Below are positions 48,848 through 58,344 of a stretch of 64,000 nt of DNA, in pieces. Each line of letters begins with the position of its first letter. The stretch's first letter is position 1. Under the pieces are notes generated by a model, which was not told the origin of the DNA, ran no database searches, and saw nothing but the letters and a program-made list of their open reading frames with translations. The stretch covers positions 1,920,001 through 1,984,000 of the forward strand of contig CAXVYR010000004.1 in the NCBI GenBank assembly GCA_963666975.2, written 5' to 3'. The translations under genes and the position numbers were made by a program. This stretch comes from Terriglobia bacterium. Lineage in GTDB: Bacteria; Acidobacteriota; Terriglobia; 2-12-FULL-54-10.

Positions 48848-50347
48848 ATGGCAAAGGCTGTGGGCGAGGCGGTTCGCAAAGACGTGGCATTCAAGGGTGT
48901 GACATTTGACGATATGCGCACATTTATCGCTGCCTGCCAGGAGATCGACAACTGGCAGTTGATCGAAGGAGCTGACTGGGACTGTGAAATTGGGGCTCTG
49001 GTGGAAGCCACCGCCGAGCTCATCCCCGACCCTCCTCTTTTGATCTTCGACAGAATCAAGGGGTATCCGCCCGGTTATAAGGTGGCGAGCCTGCTGACCG
49101 CTTCCCGCAAGCGCGCGGCTCTGGCGTTGGGGCTTCCTACGGACAAGAGCAAGTTGGAGTTGATACGCCTCGCCGCTCGCAAAATTATGGCGGCCCAACC
49201 GATCCCTCCCCTAGAGATTTCAAACGGCCCGGTGATGGAAAACATCCTGTTGGAGGAAAAGGCGGACCTGTTCCAGTTTCCGGCCCCGCGTTTTCACGCC
49301 CAGGATGGAGGGCGCTACATTGGCACCGGCGATGTCATGATCAACCGGGATCCCGATACGGGCTTCCTCAACATGGGGACGTACCGGATGCAGGTGCATG
49401 AGCGGAATCTTTTGGGATTGTGGATGAGCCCGGGGCAGCACGGCAGGTTGGTCTGCCAGCGCTATTGGGACCGGGGGGAAAGTTGCCCTGTGGTGGCGGC
49501 CTTTGGCGTGGATCCCTTGATCTTCATGGCCTCCCATACCAAAATCCCGTGGGGAAAGTCGGAACTGGAGTTTGCGGGCGGGCTGCGAGAGAGGCCCGTC
49601 GAGGTCATTCCAGGGCCGATCACGGGTTTGCCGATTCTGGCCCACGCGGAAATCGCAATCGAGGGGGAGGTGCCCCCACCCAATGTGGAATCCCGCCCGG
49701 AGGGTCCCTTCGGCGAATGGCCCGGGTACTATTCGGGCGGGACCTTGGGTACCGGCGAACCCCAGCCGGTGATCCGGGTGAAGGCGCTGTACCACAGAAA
49801 CCAGCCGATCCTGTTCGATGAGGCTCCCTTATGGGCGGGAGCACCCAAACACGCTCTCCCGATCAACGCGGGAATCCTATGGGACCAGTTAGACAGCGCC
49901 GGGATTCAGGACGTCGTCGGAGTCTTCACCTACACCTGCTTTTTGGTGGTCGTGGCCATCCGGCAGAGATTCGCCGGTCACGCCAAGCAAGCGGGCCACG
50001 CCGCGCTGAGCTGCGCTGCTACGGCGCGTAACGGCCGGTATGTTGTGGTCGTGGACGACGATATTGACCCGACGGACCTGAAGGAAGTGCTGTGGGCGAT
50101 GGAAACCAGGGTGGACCCGGCGCGTGACATCGAGACTGTGGATGGATGCTGGAGCACCCCGCTCGATCCCCGGATGCCTGCGGAGAAACGTGCTTCGGGC
50201 GACCATACCAACAGCCGGGCCATCTTTTATGCGGTGCGCCCCTATGAGTGGCGGGACAAATTCCCCAAGGTGAGCCGGTCCGATCGGGCCCTGCGCCAGC
50301 AGGTCGTTGAGAAATTCCGGTCCTTGTTGCCCTTCCCTCCTCTGTGA
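48848..50347 (+). CDS. UbiD-family (prFMN-dependent) decarboxylase
   Basis: DGGRY, NMGTYRMQ, EGPFGEWPGYY, VVVDDDIDP, VLWAM.TR. Confidence 0.92.
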   Translation: MAKAVGEAVRKDVAFKGVTFDDMRTFIAACQEIDNWQLIEGADWDCEIGALVEATAELIPDPPLLIFDRIKGYPPGYKVASLLTASRKRAALALGLPTDKSKLELIRLAARKIMAAQPIPPLEISNGPVMENILLEEKADLFQFPAPRFHAQDGGRYIGTGDVMINRDPDTGFLNMGTYRMQVHERNLLGLWMSPGQHGRLVCQRYWDRGESCPVVAAFGVDPLIFMASHTKIPWGKSELEFAGGLRERPVEVIPGPITGLPILAHAEIAIEGEVPPPNVESRPEGPFGEWPGYYSGGTLGTGEPQPVIRVKALYHRNQPILFDEAPLWAGAPKHALPINAGILWDQLDSAGIQDVVGVFTYTCFLVVVAIRQRFAGHAKQAGHAALSCAATARNGRYVVVVDDDIDPTDLKEVLWAMETRVDPARDIETVDGCWSTPLDPRMPAEKRASGDHTNSRAIFYAVRPYEWRDKFPKVSRSDRALRQQVVEKFRSLLPFPPL

Positions 50348-50498
50348 AAGGGCTTGCGTAGAGTCGGGAAAAAAGGCCGGCACAGGGTGAGGAACCGGCG
50401 TTGCCGTTGCTCCCCTATCGCGTACCGGGGGCGCGCCACTTTGTCATGGCGGGATTCAGCCTTCGGATCTTCTACTTTTAAGCGGCTGCTGAAAAGCG

Positions 50499-50545
50499 CT
50501 GGGAAACCCTCTACGGTAGCCGTGCGTCTGAAGGCGTACCCTGAC
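50499..50545. repeat. 47-bp repeat with an inverted partner at 53116-53162
   Basis: 42/47 identity by manual alignment. Confidence 0.75.
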
Positions 50546-50587
50546 ACACAGAATTGTCACTCTATGGCGTAATCCTCAATAGGAAAG

Positions 50588-52036
50588 GAGGGTGTCCCAT
50601 ACATAGTTGAAGGTTGAACGGCGGTTCGGCCCGAATCGAATAGAATCGGGCCAAGCCTAAATCCTATAGAAGGAGAACCGCCGAATGAAGGGAAAATATC
50701 ACGTTTTGGAACTGGGTTCCAAGGGAGCCGAAGAAACCATCCAGAAGTTTTGCCAAACCAACGGACAGATGCTGTTGCCGGTGGTGGATCTGATCACGGA
50801 GGCGCGTCTGGCGGTGGATGAGGTGATTGATCGGGCCGGGCGAGGTTTGATTGAAACGATTCTGAGCATGAGCGCAGAGCAAATCGCGGGGCCAAAGAGT
50901 CCCGGGAAGGCGAGCGGAGAGGTGCGCTGGCAGGGCCGGCAATTGGGGAGGGTGAAACTGGCCGATCGCCAGCTGCGGGTGGAGCGGCCCCGGCTGCGCC
51001 GGAAGGGCGGAGGGGAAGAAGCGGTGCCGGCCTACGAAGCACTGCGGAAAAGCGAGAAGACGGGCGAGGAGATGTTCGAGGCACTGTTGAAAGGGGTTTC
51101 GACGCGGAACTACCGCGAGGTGATCCCGGAGATGGCCAACAGCGCTGGGGTGTCGAAGTCTCAGGTGAGCCGGGAAGCGGCCGAGCAAGGAGCGCGGCGG
51201 CTGGAAGAACTGTTGGCGCGGCGCTGGGAGGAGGTCGAGATTCTGGTGATTTACCTGGACGGAATGCGGTTCGGCTCCCACCACGTCATCAGCGCCGTGG
51301 GCGTGGACATCGAGGGCCGCAAGCATGTGCTGGGGATTCAACTGGGCGCGACCGAAAACGCCGCTGCGGTGAAAGACCTTCTCACCCGCCTGCGCCAGCA
51401 AGGTTTGCGCACGGATCAGCGCTATCTGTTTGTGATCGACGGCGCCAAAGCGCTCCGCGCGGGGATCGAGGAAGTATTCGGCAGCAATCAGCTGGTGCAG
51501 CGTTGCCGTACTCATAAGCTGCGCAACGTGGCTGAGCGGTTACCAAAGGGCGACAAAATGCTGGCGAATCAGGTGCGGTCGCTGATGCGCGCCGCCTGGC
51601 GATTGCCCCAAGCCGAGGAAGGCATCGTGCGCATAAAAAAGCTCGCTGGGATGATCGAGTGCGATCATCCGGCAGCAGCCGCCAGCTTGCGCGAAGGGTT
51701 GGAGGAGACCTTTACGATCAATCGAGCCGACGTTCCTCCCAGCCTCCACCGCTGCCTGGCAACCACGAACCTCATCGAGAGCCCGCAGTCGGGCGTGCGG
51801 AAAAAGACTGGCAATGTTTGCCGCTGGCGCGACGGCGAGATGACGTTGCGCTGGGTGGCAGGAGCGTTTCTGCTGACCGAGAAGAATTTCCGGAAGATCA
51901 TGGGTTATCACGATCTCTGGGCTTTGGCATCGATTCTCGGCCGAAGTCCAAACGCTGCTTCCTCTCACAAGGAGGAAGTGGCGTAATATGAACTCAACCC
52001 GCCGTCCCAACCTGCAACTGAGTTTGGGACACCTTC
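50588..52036 (+). mobile_element. IS256-family insertion sequence, copy 2
   Basis: Same IRs as copy 1; 8-bp target duplication TAGGAAAG (50580-50587, 52037-52044). Confidence 0.95.
50685..51986 (+). CDS. IS256-family transposase
   Basis: 433 aa; differs from copy 1 at two residues (H/Q, K/E). Confidence 0.95.
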   Translation: MKGKYHVLELGSKGAEETIQKFCQTNGQMLLPVVDLITEARLAVDEVIDRAGRGLIETILSMSAEQIAGPKSPGKASGEVRWQGRQLGRVKLADRQLRVERPRLRRKGGGEEAVPAYEALRKSEKTGEEMFEALLKGVSTRNYREVIPEMANSAGVSKSQVSREAAEQGARRLEELLARRWEEVEILVIYLDGMRFGSHHVISAVGVDIEGRKHVLGIQLGATENAAAVKDLLTRLRQQGLRTDQRYLFVIDGAKALRAGIEEVFGSNQLVQRCRTHKLRNVAERLPKGDKMLANQVRSLMRAAWRLPQAEEGIVRIKKLAGMIECDHPAAAASLREGLEETFTINRADVPPSLHRCLATTNLIESPQSGVRKKTGNVCRWRDGEMTLRWVAGAFLLTEKNFRKIMGYHDLWALASILGRSPNAASSHKEEVA

Positions 52037-52078
52037 TAGGAAAGACCAGGCAAGCTCATTCTACGAAGGAGGTTCACT

Positions 52079-53077
52079 GTGGTAATTGACATTCACGGTC
52101 ACGTCGTCGCGCCCCCGGAACTGTACGCCTACAGGGCTGGACTCATGGCGGGACGAGGCGCGCATGGAAAGGGTCGGGTGAACATCGACGACGAAAAGTT
52201 GAAAAACGCTGTCTGGTCAGGCGGAGGCGGGGCCCTGAAACATGCGGACGTGCTGTAGGAGGTCGGCACGGATATGCAACTCGTCTCGCCGCGTCCTTAT
52301 CAGATGATGCATAGTGAAAAGCCCGAACGCATTGTGCGGTGGTACACCGAGGCCGTCAATAATGTGATCGCTCAACTGTGCAAAATCTACCCTAAGGTTT
52401 TTCGCGGAGTCGCCGGCTTGCCCCAGAACGCGGGAGTGAGCCCGAAGAACTCGCTCGAAGAGCTCGAGCGCTGCGTGAAAGAGCTGGGATTTGTAGGGTG
52501 CATGCTGAATCCCGACCCGAATGAGGGCGAAGAGACGCCGCCGGGCCTGGGGGATGAGTATTGGTATCCGCTATATGAAAAGTTGGTGGAGCTGGATGTT
52601 CCGGCGCTGGTGCATTCTGCAAGCAGCCGCTCACCCCGGGAGCCTTACAGTCTGCACTTCATCATGGAGGAAACGATCGGTATCATAGCTCTGCTGAACT
52701 CCCGCGTGTTTGAAGACTTTCCGGCGCTGAAGCTGGTGATCTCCCACGGCGGCGGAGCGGTTCCTTACCAGATGGGCCGATTCCGAGCTGCACGGTATCG
52801 GCGGGGGAGCAAGGACCTCTTTGAAGAGAGCATTCGCCGGCTTTACTTTGATACGTGCATTTATACCAAGGAGTCCCTGGACCTTCTATTTAAGGTGGCG
52901 GGGTCGGATCGGTGCCTGTTCGGAACGGAAAGGCCGGGGACAGGAACAGTAGCCGATCCGCAAACGGGCCGCTTTATGGATGATCTGAAGCCGGTCATCG
53001 AAAGCATTGAGTGGCTGACGGAAAAGGACCGGAAAATGATTTTCGAAGAAAATGCCCGAAAGGTGTTTCGGCTTTGA
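52079..53077 (+). pseudogene. Amidohydrolase-2 family enzyme (LigJ/OMA hydratase-like) with an in-frame TAG at 52256-52258
   Basis: GAAGGAGG RBS + GTG gives MVIDIHGH, in frame with ORF 52274-53077 (NPDP, W.PLYEK, HGGGAVPYQMGRF, LFGTE). Confidence 0.8.
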
Positions 53078-53115
53078 ACGATCGAAGATTGCGTGACATG
53101 GTGACGATCCTGCGC

Positions 53116-53162
53116 GTCAGGACGCGCCTTCAGGCGCGCGGCTACCGTAGAGGGTTTCCCAG
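53116..53162. repeat. 47-bp repeat, inverted partner of 50499-50545
   Basis: GTCAGGACGCGCCTTCAGGCGCGCGGCTACCGTAGAGGGTTTCCCAG. Confidence 0.75.
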
Positions 53163-53229
53163 AGCTTTAGCGCTTGCAGGAAGCGCTTTTCCGGGAGTAA
53201 AGGAAAAAAACTAGAAGGGAAGAGGAGCC

Positions 53230-54186
53230 ATGGCGAAGATTGTCCTGGGTCTGGGCACGCCCCACAGCCCGCAGTTGAACATCCCGGCCAGCCGGTGGTC
53301 CTTGCTGGTGGAAAAAGATCGGAAGGATACCCGCATTGACTACGAAGGCCTCGCGCGCCAGGCCAAGCCAGGCATGGAGAAGGAACTCAGCGAACAGAAA
53401 ATGCAGGAGCGGTATGAGGCGATGCAGAAGGCGTTAAACACTCTTCGCCAGACGCTCCACCAGGCCTCTCCGGACGTGATGATCGCTTTGGGGGATGATC
53501 AACACGAGCAATTTCTTGACGACAACATGCCGATGTTCTGCGTTTACCGGGGAAGCTCGCTGACGATTGTGAAACGGCAGGTTCCTTCGGATCGCGCGTG
53601 GCGGCAGGCAGAAGAAGAAGGGCTGTCGGATGCGCCCATGCGCTTTGACGCGCACGCGGAGCTGGCGGATCATTTGATTGCAAGCTTCGTGGAGCAGGGT
53701 TTTGACGTCGCCTGCTCCAATCAACTCCGGGAGGAAGTCGGTCTCGGCCACGCCTTTAGCTTCGTCTATCGGAAACTCCTTCCGGCGGGCAACATTCCGA
53801 TGGTTCCCGTCATGCTGAACACATTTTACCCGCCGAACCAGCCGAGCCCGCGGCGCTGTTACGCCTTCGGGCAGGCGCTGCGAACGGCCATTGAGGCTTG
53901 GGACAGCAACAAGAAGGTGGCTGTGATTACCAGCGGAGGTTTAAGCCACGTGATCATCGACGAGGAGCTGGACCGTACGATGCTGGACGCCCTCCAGCGC
54001 AAAGACCGTGAAAAACTGGGGCTGCTGCCCGTCGAGAAGTTGCGGTTGGGAACATCCGAGATTAGAAACTGGATCGCGACGGCTGGTGCATTGGAGCACC
54101 TGCGGATGGAGCTGATTGATTACATCCCCGCCTACCGCTCCCCGGCAGGGACCGGTTGCGGGATGGCTTTTGTGGAGTGGCGCTGA
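53230..54186 (+). CDS. LigB-class (type II) extradiol ring-cleavage dioxygenase, DesZ/LigB-like
   Basis: GTPHSP, GDDQHEQF, GHAF, PVMLNT, SGGLSH, SEIRNW. Confidence 0.85.
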   Translation: MAKIVLGLGTPHSPQLNIPASRWSLLVEKDRKDTRIDYEGLARQAKPGMEKELSEQKMQERYEAMQKALNTLRQTLHQASPDVMIALGDDQHEQFLDDNMPMFCVYRGSSLTIVKRQVPSDRAWRQAEEEGLSDAPMRFDAHAELADHLIASFVEQGFDVACSNQLREEVGLGHAFSFVYRKLLPAGNIPMVPVMLNTFYPPNQPSPRRCYAFGQALRTAIEAWDSNKKVAVITSGGLSHVIIDEELDRTMLDALQRKDREKLGLLPVEKLRLGTSEIRNWIATAGALEHLRMELIDYIPAYRSPAGTGCGMAFVEWR

Positions 54187-54275
54187 TGGCACCTGTGCTG
54201 CGTTTTGGGATCGTAGGGCTGGGAGTGGCCAGCACGCAGGTCCTCCCCCACATAGCCAGGCACCCCGGCGCGAAA
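54186..54275 (+). pseudogene. N-terminal stub of a Gfo/Idh/MocA oxidoreductase truncated by IS3
   Basis: ATG overlapping the dioxygenase stop; MAPVLRFGIVGLGVASTQVLPHIARHPGAK, then the IS end. Confidence 0.7.
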
Positions 54276-54304
54276 TGACCTGCCCCCGGTTATTGGTCCA
54301 CTAT

Positions 54305-55144
54305 CTATGTTAGACCATACGCCGTTGCAGCCGGGTGGAGCGGAGCGGAACCCGGCAGTAACGGCAGGATCACTTCCGGGGCTGGCGGTCGGTAGCCCAA
54401 CGCGCTGTGCGGGCGAACTTTGTTATACTCCCGCCGCCATCCCTCAATCAACACCTTTGCTTCCCGCAAAGTGTAGAAGATCACTCTATTCAGAAACTCG
54501 TCTCGTAACTTTCCATTAAACGATTCTACATACCCGTTTTCCCATGGGCTCCCAGGCGCGATGAAGAGGGTTTTCACCCCTACCCGCTCCAGCCAGTTCC
54601 GCACCAACCGTGCTGTGAACTCGGACCCATTATCCGAGCGAAGGTAATCGGTAACTCCCCGCTCCACAAACAAGGCTGCCAGCCGTTCCAAAACACTCAT
54701 CGAATCGGCTCGCCGTTCTACGTCGATCGCCAAACACTCTCGCGTGTACTCATCCACCACCGTCAACATCTTCAGTGGACGACCGTCCCGGGTTCGATCT
54801 GCCACAAAATCGTATGCCCAGACATGATCCGGCCAACACGGTCGTAACCGAAGGCACGACCCATCGTTCAACCACAGTCGGCCTCTTCGGGGTTGTTTCT
54901 TCGGCACTTTCAGCCCCTCCTGCCGCCAGATTCTCTCCACACGCTTATGGTTCACTTGCCACCCCTCCCGTCTCAACAGCGCCGTGATCCGCCGGTAGCC
55001 GTAACGGCCGTACTCGCCGGCTAGCTGCAGCGTCCGGGTTACCAGTCTCGGTTCATCCTGTGGTGCCCAGCTTCGACGCCGCTGTGTGGATCGATACTGC
55101 TTCAGCACTCGACACGCCCGCCGCTCCCAAGGTCTGGCAGACAT
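54305..55144 (-). CDS. IS3 OrfB integrase (DDE); 5' part apparently frameshifted
   Basis: YGYRR, WAYDF, DEYTRE, SDNGSEF, PWENGYVESFNG, RPHSAL. Confidence 0.88.
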   Translation of the reverse strand: MSARPWERRACRVLKQYRSTQRRRSWAPQDEPRLVTRTLQLAGEYGRYGYRRITALLRREGWQVNHKRVERIWRQEGLKVPKKQPRRGRLWLNDGSCLRLRPCWPDHVWAYDFVADRTRDGRPLKMLTVVDEYTRECLAIDVERRADSMSVLERLAALFVERGVTDYLRSDNGSEFTARLVRNWLERVGVKTLFIAPGSPWENGYVESFNGKLRDEFLNRVIFYTLREAKVLIEGWRREYNKVRPHSALGYRPPAPEVILPLLPGSAPLHPAATAYGLT

Positions 55145-55174
55145 GCTCCACTGCCTGCCTCCGCCGGCGCGGGC

Positions 55175-55453
55175 TCAGAAGTTTCCCGAGGATGCCTCCT
55201 TCAGTATCGCAAGGTCCAACGCCTGATCCGCTACCAACTTCTTCAGTCGGCCATTCTCCCGTTCCAGTTCCTTCAGACGCCTCACCTGATCAACCCGTAA
55301 GCTCCCGTACTCCTTCCGCCATCGATAATATGTCTGTTCCGTGATTCCCAACTTCCGACAGACCTCTCCGGTTGTCTGGCCCTTAGCCAGTTCCACTTCC
55401 GCCTCTCGTAGATGTCGGATGATCTGTTCGGCTGTATATCGCTTCTTCGGCAT
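55175..55453 (-). CDS. IS3 OrfA (HTH)
   Basis: YTAEQII, CRKLGITEQTYYRWRKEYG, LERENGRLKKLVAD. Confidence 0.9.
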   Translation of the reverse strand: MPKKRYTAEQIIRHLREAEVELAKGQTTGEVCRKLGITEQTYYRWRKEYGSLRVDQVRRLKELERENGRLKKLVADQALDLAILKEASSGNF

Positions 55454-56006
55454 CCTCTCCCCCTTCCTCAGTCCAGTCCGTACCCTAAACTCTAACTTAT
55501 CAACTGGACCAATTTATGGGGGGCAGGTCAGCACCCAGAGGGAGCAGTCGATCCCTGGGGAAGGCGTGATATGACAACAGAACTCAGCCTGCTCAGGGCC
55601 ATGAATATTGGTCTAGCGGGTGGTAATTCAGCTTTTTGTCCTCGACCATCTCCTGAAGAATTGCCTCGATCTTTTCTTCGTACTGCGGATCCCGTGTGTC
55701 CGGCAAGCCCATGGCCTTGTGTTGCTTCTCCATCGTTTGGGTGAGCTTCCTCTGGGCTTTGTCTACAATCCTTTAATCCGGAATTAGTTTTTGGCCTCCC
55801 TGATTTCACTCCCTACTTCGTTTCGCAGGCTACCACCAGCAGGGGGCAGGGGGTAATGGTAGGGGCCGTCATTATGGGACCCCTATCATTTTCGTATTGG
55901 ATAGGTGATGACCAAAAGGAACATCTCCCAGAAGCTGCCCTGGAACCAGAGGGTGCAATATATGGCAGGGCCGGAATTCTGGGGTGTTTCCCTCGGAATG
56001 TTCGAC

Positions 56007-56849
56007 CTACTGGTTTTCTTCCCTATTGGCGGCTCGCTGCTGGATCACGCGGGTCACCGTCTCTCGCTGGTCCTGGAACTGCCTCTGAGCCAAGGCCAGT
56101 TTCTCCTCCAAGTTCCGCATATGACTCTCGAATCCGTTCAGTTGTGTCTTGCGCTTGTCCTGTTCGGCCTTCAACTGGTGGGCCAGAACCTCCGCAGCCT
56201 TCTTTTCCTGCCTCAGCGTCTGGCGGAGGGTAGCCATCTCCTGCCCCCGTGCCTTCGCCTCTTGTTTCTCCTGCTTAAGTGTTTCTTGCAGGTTTTGTGC
56301 GAAAGCCGCTGCCTTGCTCAACTGGATCCGGCCCTGATCTCTTTCAGCTGCTAACAGTCGGATTAAACGAATCGCAGTCTCTCTTTGGTCTTGCAAAGCC
56401 TGCTTTGCTTGAGCTAAGTCCTTTTCTAGCCTGCGGGCGCGTGCTTCGGATTCCTCCCGCTGTGCATGGCTGGAGTCCCGTTCCGCCTTTGGCTGCAGAT
56501 TCTTTTCCTCTGGCTCTTTTTCCCTGTGCTCCTGGATTTCCTCTTCAGCCCTCTTGTCCAGAAACCGCAGCAGCTTCGTCATTCCGACAGGTTCCTTTAA
56601 GAACATCATGGACCAATAATCCTGTTGAACGCGCACCACCATTCCTCTGACCTCGAACACCCCTGGGTAATCCTGAACCTCCAAGCGGGCTGTAATCTCC
56701 TCTCCTTGAATAGGATTGGCCTCGGCACGAATGTGAGCCCCCCATTGTCCAATATCGACTAGCTCACCGGGAGTTTCCATTGACTGCGCTTGGAACAGAA
56801 TCCTCCCAGTCACGGGGTAACGCTTGTAACTTCGTCTCTCGGTGGTCAT
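56007..56849 (-). CDS. PilZ domain + coiled-coil protein
   Basis: ERRSYKR (RxxxR), DIGQWG (DxSxxG variant), GMVVR, followed by long heptad repeats. Confidence 0.75.
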   Translation of the reverse strand: MTTERRSYKRYPVTGRILFQAQSMETPGELVDIGQWGAHIRAEANPIQGEEITARLEVQDYPGVFEVRGMVVRVQQDYWSMMFLKEPVGMTKLLRFLDKRAEEEIQEHREKEPEEKNLQPKAERDSSHAQREESEARARRLEKDLAQAKQALQDQRETAIRLIRLLAAERDQGRIQLSKAAAFAQNLQETLKQEKQEAKARGQEMATLRQTLRQEKKAAEVLAHQLKAEQDKRKTQLNGFESHMRNLEEKLALAQRQFQDQRETVTRVIQQRAANREENQ

Positions 56850-57641
56850 GAGAACATCTTATCGGGTCTGTCCCTGATTTCCTTGCGATTTTTTGCCTGT
56901 CTGCCGTCTGATCGGTGAAAAATTTGGGACAGGTCCCCTATAGCCTTTCTGAATTTCTCTTTACGTCCTCACCCGGTTTGCACATAGCGGCCCTTCTTGT
57001 CGGGGTATTAGCCATCCTCTCGGCCAAGGTGATATCTGAGAGTATCCCTGAAGCCAAAGAGAGCCTGAAATCTAAGAGTGTGAAAAAATTGGACATGTTA
57101 ATTAGCCTAAGCGGACCCCGGCATGGCGACCTCAAATCACCCTTACCGAAGTTTGATGATTAATGCACGACTCCTGACCGTCTACTCCGTTACCCAGCCA
57201 GCCCTTTTTATTTTTGCTGAGACCGGCCAGTAGAGTAAAAGATAGATTAACCGAATCAATTAACGCGCCGCTTGTTCGATACTCGTCAAATCTTCCGCAG
57301 GCAGTGTGGTTCTTCATTCCAGATCAAGAGATCAGACTCTGAACGGCGACATCCGTTTTTTTCTTGGTGACCGGTTCTTCTTCATGGCAAGCGGCCCTCC
57401 ATGACCGTTGACCATTAATGAAGCGAAGAATCTCTGTGGCGTATCGTGCCCGAGTACGCCGTCAACAGACCATTCCGGGCGATGGTCGCCTACTCGGAAA
57501 CAATCGCGATCTGCGGGCCTTCAACGCTCGCCCAACAGCAGCAAGCGATGACCGATGCGGTTCGCGCGGGCCGCCCGGTAGGGGAAGTGATGGCAGGCAT
57601 GGCGTATGAATCCATGCTTCTCCCGAAACAGAAGCCATAAT

Positions 57642-58295
57642 ATGGATGAGTTGGTTACAGCTTTTCAGGAAATTTCTCTCACGGCGGTTTCCGACGCTCT
57701 GGATCGCTGCGGGCTGCATGGAACCTGCCTGGGTATCTCCCCGGTTGCGTTTGGCTGTCAGACGGCGGGACGCGCCTTTACTGTGAAATACCATCCCGTC
57801 GGCGTGGAAAAGGGCACCGTCGGAGACTTTATTAACGATGTGCCCCAGGGCCATGTTGTAGTGCTCGATAATGCAGGCCGTCTCGATTGCACCGTTTGGG
57901 GAGATCTATTAACCCTCGTGGCTCATCGAAAGGGCCTCGCGGGGACTGTGATCGACGGAGTTTGCCGGGATGTAAAGCGCAGCGTGGAAATCGGCTATCC
58001 GATTTTCAGTCGCGGCCGGTTTATGCGCACCGGGAAGGATCGAGTCGAGGTGGCCGGGATCAACGCGCCCGTTGAAATCGGAGGTGTGCAGGTGCGACCT
58101 GGGGACATGATCCTCGGATCCGACGATGGCGTCCTCATCGTACCCCAGGAAAAAGAAGCTGAAATTTTGTCGATTGCGCGGTCGGTCGAAGAAACGGAAG
58201 AAAGGATTCGAACCGAGCTGTTAGAAGGGACCCCGCTGAAGCAGGCGCGCCGGAAGCATGGCTACCATCGACTGCAACGGAGACAAAGTAATTAA
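57642..58295 (+). CDS. RraA-family protein (HMG/CHA aldolase-like)
   Basis: AVSDALD, GRAFTV, VWGDLL, DGVCRD, PGDMILGSDDGV. Confidence 0.88.
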   Translation: MDELVTAFQEISLTAVSDALDRCGLHGTCLGISPVAFGCQTAGRAFTVKYHPVGVEKGTVGDFINDVPQGHVVVLDNAGRLDCTVWGDLLTLVAHRKGLAGTVIDGVCRDVKRSVEIGYPIFSRGRFMRTGKDRVEVAGINAPVEIGGVQVRPGDMILGSDDGVLIVPQEKEAEILSIARSVEETEERIRTELLEGTPLKQARRKHGYHRLQRRQSN

Positions 58296-58344
58296 GAATC
58301 GCGCAAGATAAAGCGGAGGATAGGAAGATCGGAGGAAACTTGAT

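Larger units (their letters stand above)
54276..55530 (-). mobile_element. IS3-family element (IS407-like), orfA/orfB
   Basis: IRs TGACCTGCCCCC..ATTGGTCCA at both ends; GGGAAAC slippery site at the end of orfA; no target duplication. Confidence 0.9.

Noticed and set aside
1579-52036. 49-kb composite transposon
   Set aside because: Each IS256 copy has its own distinct target duplication and the interval holds core genes.
52256-52258. In-frame TAG as pyrrolysine or recoding
   Set aside because: Non-catalytic position, no pyl genes seen, and TAG ends many normal genes in this window; simple nonsense is more likely.
55531-57440. Small ORFs around the PilZ gene (55528-55809, 56915-57317)
   Set aside because: No motifs or clear RBS; probably decayed foreign DNA.
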